Virus record (IMG/VR): IMGVR_UViG_3300047509_000177
Location: 1 to 64,000 of that record
Strand: one strand, 5' to 3'
Source: a virus
DNA: 64,000 bases
A program made the position numbers and the translations under genes. The notes under the pieces were generated by a model that saw only the letters and a program-made list of their open reading frames with translations, did not search any database and had not been told where the DNA came from. The stretch's first letter is position 1, and each line of letters opens with the position of its first letter. Below, piece after piece: positions 16,872-25,312 of the stretch.

Positions 16872-17858
16872 ATGTCCAAAGGTGGATTCCAAAGAGTAAA
16901 CCCGCTGGGGCCTGGCTTTACGCGTGGCCCGGCTAGAATTTTGATTGCTCCATATACTTATTTATGGCCAACTCATATTGGTTCGATTATTAATCTAGAA
17001 GAAGAAGCAAATTGGAAAAACGAGAAACAGGAAATCTCAAAATTTGCTGAAGCTCCGTCTACCGGTACTTTTTATCTTGGCTTTGCGTCCTATCCGACTA
17101 CTGCTCTTACTGGTACTACCGTCACTGGGGAACAGATAGCTACTGCTTTAGAAGCTTTGCCGACGATTGGTACTGGTGGCATTACAATTACTAGCACTAA
17201 ATCTAAAAAACTTTCTGAAGAAGCTTTTAAATTTGAATTTGCTGGAGAACTTAAAAATCATGCTCAGCCTTTAGTTCAAGTTCTTAGAAATACTGTTAAA
17301 AAAGAATCTACTCCACTTGCTCTTACCGTCACGCGTACTCAGGCAGGATTTGGCGAATATGATCCGGTAGGGGAATGGACCGATCTTGGTGCTACTAAAG
17401 GTGGAATCAAAATCACCCGGAATAACACCGAGAGCTTGCAGGATATAGATCAGATTCAGGCTGCTGTGGCGGTGCTTCCTGACGAGTGGGAGATGTCCAT
17501 AGAGGCTCCTATTGCGGAAACTAATGAGGAAAATCTATCGGTGGCTTGGGAAGGCTCTGGCGTGACCGTGGATGCAACTCAGACTCCGACTGAGAATCAT
17601 ATAGGTTATGGAAATCCGCTTTCTTATGAAGAACGTCGTTTGGCGATTATCCATAAAATTACTCTTGGTTCCAACAAGAATAAACTGAAAGCGTTTGTTT
17701 TTCGTAAAGCAATGCGTTCTGCGACTGCGAGTACGATTGACTTTATGAAGACTGGCAATATGGCAACAGTTAATACTACATTTAGAGCATTCGCTGATGC
17801 TACTGTTGCTAATCCTCTTTATTCAATGGGTGAACTCATAGAAATGAATTATTTTTAG
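16872..17858 (+). CDS. Major tail (tube) protein with an inserted domain
   Basis: GPARILIAP, WTDLGATKGG, IAETNEENLSVAW and TTFRAFAD, as in actinophage tail tubes. Confidence 0.8.
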   Translation: MSKGGFQRVNPLGPGFTRGPARILIAPYTYLWPTHIGSIINLEEEANWKNEKQEISKFAEAPSTGTFYLGFASYPTTALTGTTVTGEQIATALEALPTIGTGGITITSTKSKKLSEEAFKFEFAGELKNHAQPLVQVLRNTVKKESTPLALTVTRTQAGFGEYDPVGEWTDLGATKGGIKITRNNTESLQDIDQIQAAVAVLPDEWEMSIEAPIAETNEENLSVAWEGSGVTVDATQTPTENHIGYGNPLSYEERRLAIIHKITLGSNKNKLKAFVFRKAMRSATASTIDFMKTGNMATVNTTFRAFADATVANPLYSMGELIEMNYF

Positions 17859-17880
17859 TATATAGAAAGAAGAAGATATT

Positions 17881-18201
17881 ATGGGAGCCACCGCTTATAT
17901 CATCCCTACTAGTTCTGGTCTGATTGAAGGTACAGCAGTATCGGATGAAAGTTCTTTGGGAGGGTTGTATAAAGGTGGCTCTCTTTTAGGTTGGAATTTG
18001 TATGGGAAAATTAAATCAAAGATAATATTTTACGATAATTCTACCGAAGCAAAAGGAACCAATTATGGGCCTATAACTTTAAACGAACATGAATCAATCA
18101 GAGATTGGTTTGGTTCAAATGGAATAAAGTTTAAAGAAGCTTTATATATGAAAGTAGTAGAAGGAGAAGTTGAAGGTGTAGTATTTGCTGCCGTAGAATG
18201 A
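17881..18201 (+). CDS. Small beta-rich virion protein
   Basis: 106 aa; FYDN...GIKF..ALY pattern. Confidence 0.55.
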   Translation: MGATAYIIPTSSGLIEGTAVSDESSLGGLYKGGSLLGWNLYGKIKSKIIFYDNSTEAKGTNYGPITLNEHESIRDWFGSNGIKFKEALYMKVVEGEVEGVVFAAVE

Positions 18202-18211
18202 AAGTAATTAT

Positions 18212-19879
18212 ATGTCTAACAGCGGTGCAAATTTTGAATCTTTAATACCGACAGAAATAGCAAATGGTAAAACCAATATCGATGTTCGGGCTTATGGAGC
18301 TGTTGCTGGAACAGATTGCAGCGCAGCCATTTTATCTGCTATAAAAGCTGCTGAGGAATCCGGATTAAAGGCATTTTCTCTTTATTTCGCAGCTAATAAA
18401 GTCTCTTATATGATGGCACTTGGTATACTCGGAGAAGCTGGTTCTGGAAAGGGTATTAGTATCAAGTTGTCTGGTGATGGATTGCGTGCTTCTAAAATAG
18501 CTCCTATAAACGCGTCTGAATCCATTCTAACTATTGAAGGGCCGAGCGATGAAACAAACCAGGGTTTTTCTATTGTTGATCTAGGTATAGAAATTCCTGA
18601 ACATCGCCGTTATGATAAACCTTTGTTTCAAATAAATCTTGCTAGAAGTTATCACCTTGAGAGAGTGCTATTGGACGGTGGTAACCACACTGGTACATTC
18701 TTTTCTCATGAGTCTTCTTATGCTGGTAGCTGGCGGGATGTACAGACGCAGCGTGGAGCATATTGTTTACCGTTTATTCATACAAACACGGTTAAACCAT
18801 TACAGCAATGTGATAATTTTGTCTTTGACAGGTGTGACTTTAGAGTAAACGGTCCGATTTTCCGCAATGCTTCTGACGAGGTGCATAGTGTAGTTATGGT
18901 TACTCCTAAGGCTGTGCAAACTGGAGAGTACCCTGAAGGTTCTAAGCTTTTAACAACTCTTTCTTCTGAAGCTTCTGCTGGAGCTACTTCATTGCATTTA
19001 ACATCAGTTACAGGATTGAAAGTAGGAGATCTTCTTAGAGTTGGCCATGATGCCAACGGGAATTCGTCAGATTATTGTCGTGTTACTGAAATTATTGGGA
19101 CCGAAGTTAAGGTAGCAGCGGAAACACCTTTATTATTCACCCATGCTACGGCAGCGGCGGTTCAACAGGGTGGTATACCTTTGACGCTGGGCGATGGTGT
19201 TCATGCCTGCACAATTATTCGTCCTCATTTTGAGCGGCATATGGCCGGTGTAGCGCTTGGCAATACCGCAGATGTGGAGATTTTTGGTTATTATGGAACA
19301 GTTGCTTATGGAGTGCTTGTTTGCGGTCCTACGATGCAGAAGGTTAAGATATCGGGGGCTGCGATGGGTGGTACAACAGTTGCTAATGAAATGTTTCATA
19401 CTTCTTCGGATAATCCTGCATCAGGATTGGGAGAATATATTTTTGAAGGACCATTATATACTATAACTGGAGCGACATTCACAGCAACCGCTAATGCTCC
19501 GTCATCGGTGAAGTATAAGACAGATATTCTTGATACCTCTTTATCGACTAATACCAGAAAGAACGTTGGTGGATCTTCAGCTTATAAGGATCGCGCTTGG
19601 GAGATAACTTCGGCCAATGTAACTAAGTTTAAGGTTCAATATAGTGGGAGAGGATTTTTTAATGATGGTATGTGCTTAGGTGACCTGGGATCGATTACTG
19701 GCAAAACAAGCGCTGAAATCGATACTCTTGTTGAAGAACGTGGTATTGCCCCCGGTGATGCTACAACTTTGGGTATTTTGCACTATACTGGCGAACGAGA
19801 AGGCGCGCGTGTATTGTTAGCTCGTAAAGCTGGCGCTGGTAATAAATGGCGTTATGTTGCTATGACGGAAATTTCATAG
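18212..19879 (+). CDS. Spike / depolymerase, pectin-lyase-like beta-helix
   Basis: IDVRAYGAV..TDCSAAILSAIKAA pectate-lyase-3-like start followed by beta-helix-like sequence. Confidence 0.7.
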   Translation: MSNSGANFESLIPTEIANGKTNIDVRAYGAVAGTDCSAAILSAIKAAEESGLKAFSLYFAANKVSYMMALGILGEAGSGKGISIKLSGDGLRASKIAPINASESILTIEGPSDETNQGFSIVDLGIEIPEHRRYDKPLFQINLARSYHLERVLLDGGNHTGTFFSHESSYAGSWRDVQTQRGAYCLPFIHTNTVKPLQQCDNFVFDRCDFRVNGPIFRNASDEVHSVVMVTPKAVQTGEYPEGSKLLTTLSSEASAGATSLHLTSVTGLKVGDLLRVGHDANGNSSDYCRVTEIIGTEVKVAAETPLLFTHATAAAVQQGGIPLTLGDGVHACTIIRPHFERHMAGVALGNTADVEIFGYYGTVAYGVLVCGPTMQKVKISGAAMGGTTVANEMFHTSSDNPASGLGEYIFEGPLYTITGATFTATANAPSSVKYKTDILDTSLSTNTRKNVGGSSAYKDRAWEITSANVTKFKVQYSGRGFFNDGMCLGDLGSITGKTSAEIDTLVEERGIAPGDATTLGILHYTGEREGARVLLARKAGAGNKWRYVAMTEIS

Positions 19880-19896
19880 TGACTGGATAAAATAGA

Positions 19897-20229
19897 ATGG
19901 CTAACTGGACTTATACTGAAAATGCAGAAAAGAAGAATATAAGTATTCTACTTAGGAATGGACAACTTATATTAAGAATAGGAACTTACGCTAACTTAAC
20001 TTCTGAAGAGGTAACACAGGTATTAGATAGCGGTGTGGGAGTAGTATTGAAAGAAGGGATTGTATCACCTGCAACTCCCGCTACTGGAGGAAGTTCATCT
20101 TCTTCAGCAACAGTTTTCGTATGGAAACCAAAAACTTATTTAACAGAAAATAGTTTAGTTGTTAGCCCTGAAGGAGAACTCCTAAGAACACTTAGGAATT
20201 TTGAAACTGGAGAAACCTATGTGTTTTAA
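19897..20229 (+). CDS. Small virion adaptor-like protein
   Basis: 110 aa; Ser/Gly linker followed by a partial CBM5/12-like motif. Confidence 0.55.
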   Translation: MANWTYTENAEKKNISILLRNGQLILRIGTYANLTSEEVTQVLDSGVGVVLKEGIVSPATPATGGSSSSSATVFVWKPKTYLTENSLVVSPEGELLRTLRNFETGETYVF

Positions 20230-20238
20230 GGAGATGCA

Positions 20239-22458
20239 ATGAGTAATAGTGGAGCTAATTTTGAATCTCTTTTGCCAACTACAGTAGTAAACAGTAGTTC
20301 TACAGGTGGGATTGAAACATGGAAAGCTCATACTACTTATTCACTTAATAGACTTGTTCAAGAAGCTGGTATAGTTTATATTTGTAAGGAAACTCATGAA
20401 TCGGGAGAAACTTTCAGCGGTGTCGGCGCTCACTGGGAAATTGTTGCTGGTCTTGGGGCGGTATTTGCTTGTGTACCGCCCACTGGCGTAGCAGCTACGG
20501 ATACGAAAAATGTGGAAGCGACGTTTACGGCTGCTAGTGCATCTAATGGTGCAGCTTTTTTCTTACATGCTGGCGCATACAACATTAATGTTAAAGAACT
20601 TGTACGACCGCATAATATCTCGATAGTTGGTACGGCAGATACGATCTTTCGGGCTCAAGCTGGATGCGAAATTCTACTTTCCGACTCTCTTACTGAAAAG
20701 ACTGAATATAAGTCGATAGTCGGCGGTTTGCGGCTGGATGCGAACAACATCGCTAAGCACGCCCTATGGTGCAGGTTCTTCAACCACATGGTGTTTGGCG
20801 TCAAGCCCTACAACTCTCTCGAAGACGATTGGATACTCGGCGACAGTAACGCGGCAGCGGCAAGCGCCGAACCTGTGTTTACTGATGAGTGTCTCGTTCA
20901 GCGCACAACTGGGAGTGTTCCGGTCGGGCATTACTGCATCTGGGCACAGAACGCATCAGATGGCAGAATGCCCGGAACCGTAATGACCGGCCAGGAAACC
21001 GGGCTCAGGGTCGATAACGGCGGCTGGCGTGGTTTCGGTGTGCACCCCGTCGGTGCTGGGTTCCCGATGCAGGTCGGCATAGATGACCATTCGGGTGGTA
21101 ATGAGTGGCACGGTACCAACCTCGACACGATGACTGGTAAAGAACATGCTGGAGCTACGGGTGAAGCTGCAAGCTCTACGATCACAGATGCGGAAATTCT
21201 TGCGCAACATCTAAATAGACCAGTGAGCGGAGTAAATATACCGGCTGGTTCTTTTGTGGGTACTGTTACACCTGGTGTAAGTTTTAATCTTGTAAATGCT
21301 AAAAATGTAGCGGTTAAACCAACGGGAGTAGTAACAGGTATTAGATTGAATGGTGTTGGTTGCTTGATGCGTTTTACTGGCGGCGGACTGGTAGGAGGGC
21401 TGGGATTAGTCAATACTACTTATGGCAATGATAACGATATGTACGGCATGATTATTGGACCGCAATCGACGGGTAATTACGCGCTTGGCTTCCGTGCGAG
21501 AGGAGGCAATGCAGAACATAGGTTGATTCAAGCTTTTGCGGGGAATACTTCTGTTCTCACATGGGTGGGGTTGATGCAGCAGGAAAACTGTGTAAATACA
21601 CAGGTCGTCACTCAGTTGACTGGAACAGCAACAGGGACGACGGCTGCGGAAAAAGATAACTCGGCCACGCTTGCTACTACTGCTTATGCCGACAGAGCTG
21701 CTGCTGCTGGTGGAACTCCTCTTGAACCATCGATCATTCTTGCGAACACTACATACAATATTCCGACAGGTGCTAAATATCTACAAGCTGTAGCTGTGGG
21801 CGGAGGTGGTGGAGGCGCGGGAGCTGGATCGGCCGCAGCGGCTCAGTTACAAACTGGTGGTGGCGGGGGCGCTGCTGGTGTTTCTGCTCGACGGATGCTT
21901 AAAGTGGGAGAATCGACTACGGCAGAAGTAGTAGTTGGTGCAGGAGGTGCAGGAGGTAATGGAGGGGCGGCGGGTGGCACAGAAGGTGTGGGGGGTACGC
22001 AAGGCAGCGAATCAAGAGTCAAAGTAGGGGCGACGACGGTAAAGGGGCTTGGCGGCGCGCCAGGTGCAAAATCTACAGCTTCATCGACAACTATTGCTGG
22101 TGGTGGAGTTTATGGCGGCAATGGTGCTGCAACTGGCGTGGCAGTTGGAGGCTCGGGTGGCGGAAGCGCTCTTGGCGGTGGCAAGAACATAGATGCTACA
22201 GGTGGCGGAGGAGCTGGTGGTGGCACCGCTACGGCCACTAATGGCGGCTCAGGCGGTGGTGCTGGTACTGAAATCGCTGGTGGTACGGCAGGTACATCAG
22301 GTGGCAGCGGTACGTCGGCTGGTGGTGAAGGCGCTACTGCGGCGGCGAATACCGCAGCAGGCGGTGGAGGCGGAGGTGGTGGTGCGGCGGGGACCGGAGC
22401 TGGCGGGAAAGGCGGCGAAGGTGGCAGCGGCTATGTAGTTATCCAGCCCATTGCTTAA
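20239..22458 (+). CDS. Spike/fibre: CBM5/12-like + beta-helix + glycine-rich C-terminus
   Basis: WKAHTTY...YICKETH.SG.TF....HWE motif; PTGVAATDT; long Gly-rich domain ending GGSGYVVI. Confidence 0.7.
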   Translation: MSNSGANFESLLPTTVVNSSSTGGIETWKAHTTYSLNRLVQEAGIVYICKETHESGETFSGVGAHWEIVAGLGAVFACVPPTGVAATDTKNVEATFTAASASNGAAFFLHAGAYNINVKELVRPHNISIVGTADTIFRAQAGCEILLSDSLTEKTEYKSIVGGLRLDANNIAKHALWCRFFNHMVFGVKPYNSLEDDWILGDSNAAAASAEPVFTDECLVQRTTGSVPVGHYCIWAQNASDGRMPGTVMTGQETGLRVDNGGWRGFGVHPVGAGFPMQVGIDDHSGGNEWHGTNLDTMTGKEHAGATGEAASSTITDAEILAQHLNRPVSGVNIPAGSFVGTVTPGVSFNLVNAKNVAVKPTGVVTGIRLNGVGCLMRFTGGGLVGGLGLVNTTYGNDNDMYGMIIGPQSTGNYALGFRARGGNAEHRLIQAFAGNTSVLTWVGLMQQENCVNTQVVTQLTGTATGTTAAEKDNSATLATTAYADRAAAAGGTPLEPSIILANTTYNIPTGAKYLQAVAVGGGGGGAGAGSAAAAQLQTGGGGGAAGVSARRMLKVGESTTAEVVVGAGGAGGNGGAAGGTEGVGGTQGSESRVKVGATTVKGLGGAPGAKSTASSTTIAGGGVYGGNGAATGVAVGGSGGGSALGGGKNIDATGGGGAGGGTATATNGGSGGGAGTEIAGGTAGTSGGSGTSAGGEGATAAANTAAGGGGGGGGAAGTGAGGKGGEGGSGYVVIQPIA

Positions 22459-22487
22459 AAAAGTGATATAATAGAAGTACAGCAGTA

Positions 22488-22603
22488 GAGCGTAATAGGG
22501 CGAGGCCGCGCTCGTGCTACTGGACCAGATCCGGCGCAGATCGTGCCGGGAGGGTCTGGGCAAGCACGAAGCCAAATAAGGTCCGACTAGTAGGAATACG
22601 CTC
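22488..22603 (+). promoter_or_regulatory. Structured 5' leader downstream of an extended -10 promoter
   Basis: TGaTATAAT at 22464-22472; nested stems GAGCGTA/TACGCTC, TCGTGCT/AGCACGA, CCAGATC/GGTCTGG. Confidence 0.5.
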
Positions 22604-23128
22604 ATGGCGAATCAGCCAGAAGTAATATTAGAAGTTAAATCTAATACGCAGAAATTAAGTGATCGTGCTTTGCATGATGTTTTAGTTAGCTTTATGCGTC
22701 ATGAGGCTCTTATGGGTGAGGTAGCCTTGAAGGCTCTCGTTCCAAAGGGCGAGACATTCTCTCTGGCGCGCGAGGCTGGGCATAAGGGACCCTTTGATGA
22801 GGGCGCAGAGATTACGGCTTCTGTAGGCATTCCTGAGATTCATAAGCCCGGGGAGACTGATCCTTTATCGGCTAAATACCCTATTTTTGTGGATAAGGGA
22901 ACGGGAATATTTGGAGATACAGATTCTAAAATATTTCCAAAGACTAGAAAGTTTATGAAGCTGCCGCCAAAAGATGATTTCTCTATCTTCCATAGATCTA
23001 TTAAAGGGCAAAAAGGTCAAGAGTTTATGCTCGCAACATTCTCAATTATGGTAGGAATGTTGAGAATAAATGGAGAGACTTTTAAAGCAGAATTATCAGA
23101 GAAGTTAAAATCAGATAAGTTATTATAA
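22604..23128 (+). CDS. HK97 gp10-like tail completion protein
   Basis: LVPKGET..L, YPIFVDKGTGIFG, SIKGQKGQEFM motifs. Confidence 0.7.
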   Translation: MANQPEVILEVKSNTQKLSDRALHDVLVSFMRHEALMGEVALKALVPKGETFSLAREAGHKGPFDEGAEITASVGIPEIHKPGETDPLSAKYPIFVDKGTGIFGDTDSKIFPKTRKFMKLPPKDDFSIFHRSIKGQKGQEFMLATFSIMVGMLRINGETFKAELSEKLKSDKLL

Positions 23129-23157
23129 TCTATTAGAATAGATGTAGAAAGGAAAAG

Positions 23158-23844
23158 ATGTCAGCAAATGATACAACTGTAGAGGATGAGCAAGATCAGG
23201 CTTCAAAAATATTGCAGGAAAAATTAGGTGAGCCTGTAGTAAAAGATGATGCACCTATTGCCGTAGAGGAAGATATTGAAAAGCCTGTTACTCATAAAGA
23301 ATGGATATTCGAGGCTGAGTATGATCTCATTATGAAAGGTCAGCCGGAGAAGCAAGTTTTCAAAAGAGCTTACATTCAGAAACCTCTTTCTTATCATGCC
23401 TTCGGGGAATTCACGGGGCTTATCGGCCGGAAGTTGGCCGAGGCGATGAGAGGTCCAGATGGATTATCTCTAGATCGTCTTACTCCCGGTGAGGCATCTA
23501 TTCCTCTTGAATTTAATGATGGGCAGATAAGTCTCGCGGGAGAGGGAGATAATGTAGTAGATCCAATAATTCAAGGAATAGCCAAATTAGCCTCCTATGT
23601 TCCGGATCTGATGGGAGAAGCACAGTGTATCTGGCTTCGTGTTCCGCGCTCAGAGCGGCCTCTGTTGATGGATATTTGGTCTCGGCCTGTTGATGAGGGC
23701 GGTATGTCTATGGACCAGGGCGAGGAAATGTTGAATATATTCATTGAACAGAATTATGATGAGTTGAATGCTTTTTTAAAGCGATACGCGAGAGTCAAAA
23801 ACACAGTTCAGAAGATGAGGAGCAGAGCTACCAAAGGAGAATGA
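23158..23844 (+). CDS. Tail assembly chaperone (gpG-like)
   Basis: Upstream of the tape measure; carries a slippery site near its 3' end. Confidence 0.7.
   Translation: MSANDTTVEDEQDQASKILQEKLGEPVVKDDAPIAVEEDIEKPVTHKEWIFEAEYDLIMKGQPEKQVFKRAYIQKPLSYHAFGEFTGLIGRKLAEAMRGPDGLSLDRLTPGEASIPLEFNDGQISLAGEGDNVVDPIIQGIAKLASYVPDLMGEAQCIWLRVPRSERPLLMDIWSRPVDEGGMSMDQGEEMLNIFIEQNYDELNAFLKRYARVKNTVQKMRSRATKGE
23772..23778 (+). other. -1 programmed frameshift site T TTT TTA
   Basis: The -1 frame is open from here into ORF 23841-24251, the classic G/GT arrangement. Confidence 0.75.
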
Positions 23845-24251
23845 CATCGCTAGAGGCCCTGGAGACCTACTCATGTCATCACAGCGAGACATTTGAGGAA
23901 TTACTTGAGTGGCCGTATAGGAGATTCATAAAGGCGTTCTCAGCTTGGCAAAGAAGGAATGCTGTAGATGAAATAGAGCATCGAAAGAATCTCCATGTGC
24001 AAGCGATGTGGCAAATAGTAGAGTGGAAAGAGCAAGGGGACCAGCAAAAAGCAATTGAGGATATTGAGAAGTATTATGAGTTATTAAAGGATCATATATG
24101 GAACCCAAACAAAGCTATCGAAGAGAATCAAGAGATGCAAGAACTTGAGGAAACCGACAATTTCCTCAAAGCAGGGAAACGTAACCTTAAGAAGGTCCTG
24201 GAGCCATATATGCCCAATCAAGAGAAAATAGAAGAGATTCTAGACGAATGA
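23841..24251 (+). CDS. Tail assembly chaperone, gpT-like C-terminal part
   Basis: Reached by the -1 shift; TFEELLEWPYRRF motif. Confidence 0.7.
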   Translation: MTSLEALETYSCHHSETFEELLEWPYRRFIKAFSAWQRRNAVDEIEHRKNLHVQAMWQIVEWKEQGDQQKAIEDIEKYYELLKDHIWNPNKAIEENQEMQELEETDNFLKAGKRNLKKVLEPYMPNQEKIEEILDE

Positions 24252-24273
24252 TAATATTAGAAAGGTTTACTTA

Positions 24274-24741
24274 ATGTTGAAATCTCATCTGCATATGGCG
24301 CATGCTTCACACTTGAATTTAAACGATGCTCGGAAATTTGCTAAAGAGGTAGATGGGATCAACCGAAAGACAGCAATCATTGTTCCTGCAATACTTGGCT
24401 CGATGCCTTTCTTTTGGTTCTGCGTTGTTTTAGCATTGTGCAGTCTTCCAGCGGTGTTAACTGCCTTTGATACAGAAGTGATAAAGGGAGCGCTTGGTTT
24501 GTCTAATATTTTTCCACAGATTATCATTAAAGTGAGCTTGATTGCGCTTGTTGCATGGATTGCGCAGACATTTATACAGCTCGTAGCATTGCCTATATTA
24601 CAAGTTTCTTCTAATGCATCACAAGCAATGGCCGAAGCTCACACGGAGACGATTCTCGATCGTTTGGACCTTGATACTGCTGGAGGCTTGCCTCAAGTTC
24701 GTGATGAACTTCTTGCCGCAATAAAAGATATAAAACAATAA
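24274..24741 (+). CDS. Membrane protein (DUF1003-like)
   Basis: Two TM segments; GSMPFFW...AWIAQTFIQLVALPILQV. Confidence 0.6.
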   Translation: MLKSHLHMAHASHLNLNDARKFAKEVDGINRKTAIIVPAILGSMPFFWFCVVLALCSLPAVLTAFDTEVIKGALGLSNIFPQIIIKVSLIALVAWIAQTFIQLVALPILQVSSNASQAMAEAHTETILDRLDLDTAGGLPQVRDELLAAIKDIKQ

Positions 24742-24793
24742 AAAATATCAGAAGATTAAACCAAAGTCAAGAATAGAAAGGAAATAGTTTTTA

Positions 24794-24985
24794 GTGAATG
24801 AAAATTATGATAAGTATAGGAATAAAGTATATGATTTTTTATCAAATGAATTAGATAAGATTTTATCAAAAAGTAATATAGATGATAGAGATAGATTTAT
24901 AATATATTTATATCATTTAGATATCCAAATTAAAACTATAAAATTAGATTTAGAACATATTATAATAACAAATGGTTTAAGATAA
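24794..24985 (+). CDS. Hypothetical protein, very AT-rich
   Basis: 63-aa ORF with AAGGA upstream. Confidence 0.35.
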   Translation: MNENYDKYRNKVYDFLSNELDKILSKSNIDDRDRFIIYLYHLDIQIKTIKLDLEHIIITNGLR

Positions 24986-24986
24986 T

Positions 24987-25221
24987 TTATTTATATATAT
25001 TAGAAATTTGATCTACTAAATCGGTATTAAATAAAATATCATTGTTAGTTGTTGAAAGTTCAACAAATTTATCCTTATTAAAATAGATATTATTAACGAT
25101 GAAAAATGAAATCCAAACTGTTTATGATATTATCTGTAAAATCTTTTAATTCTTTTGACTTTGCTTCTTTTCTCGTTACATTTAAGACTCTTGCTATTTG
25201 ATAATAATCACTTTGTAGCAT
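24987..25221 (-). pseudogene. Frameshifted small phage gene
   Basis: MLQSDYYQIARVL...FIFHR stop, then NNIYFNKDKFVELS... in an adjacent frame; SD GAAAGG. Confidence 0.45.
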
Positions 25222-25312
25222 GAAATACCTTTCTATTGTTAATGAAGAAAGAAATTTTATCAGGAATTGAAATCGAAGCCAAGGGCATTACGAAAGGAGG
25301 TGAAAATAGAAT

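Noticed and set aside
17845-17885. Frameshift extension of the tail tube gene at TAT TTT TAG
   Set aside because: The +1 frame stops at once and the -1 frame does not join the next ORF
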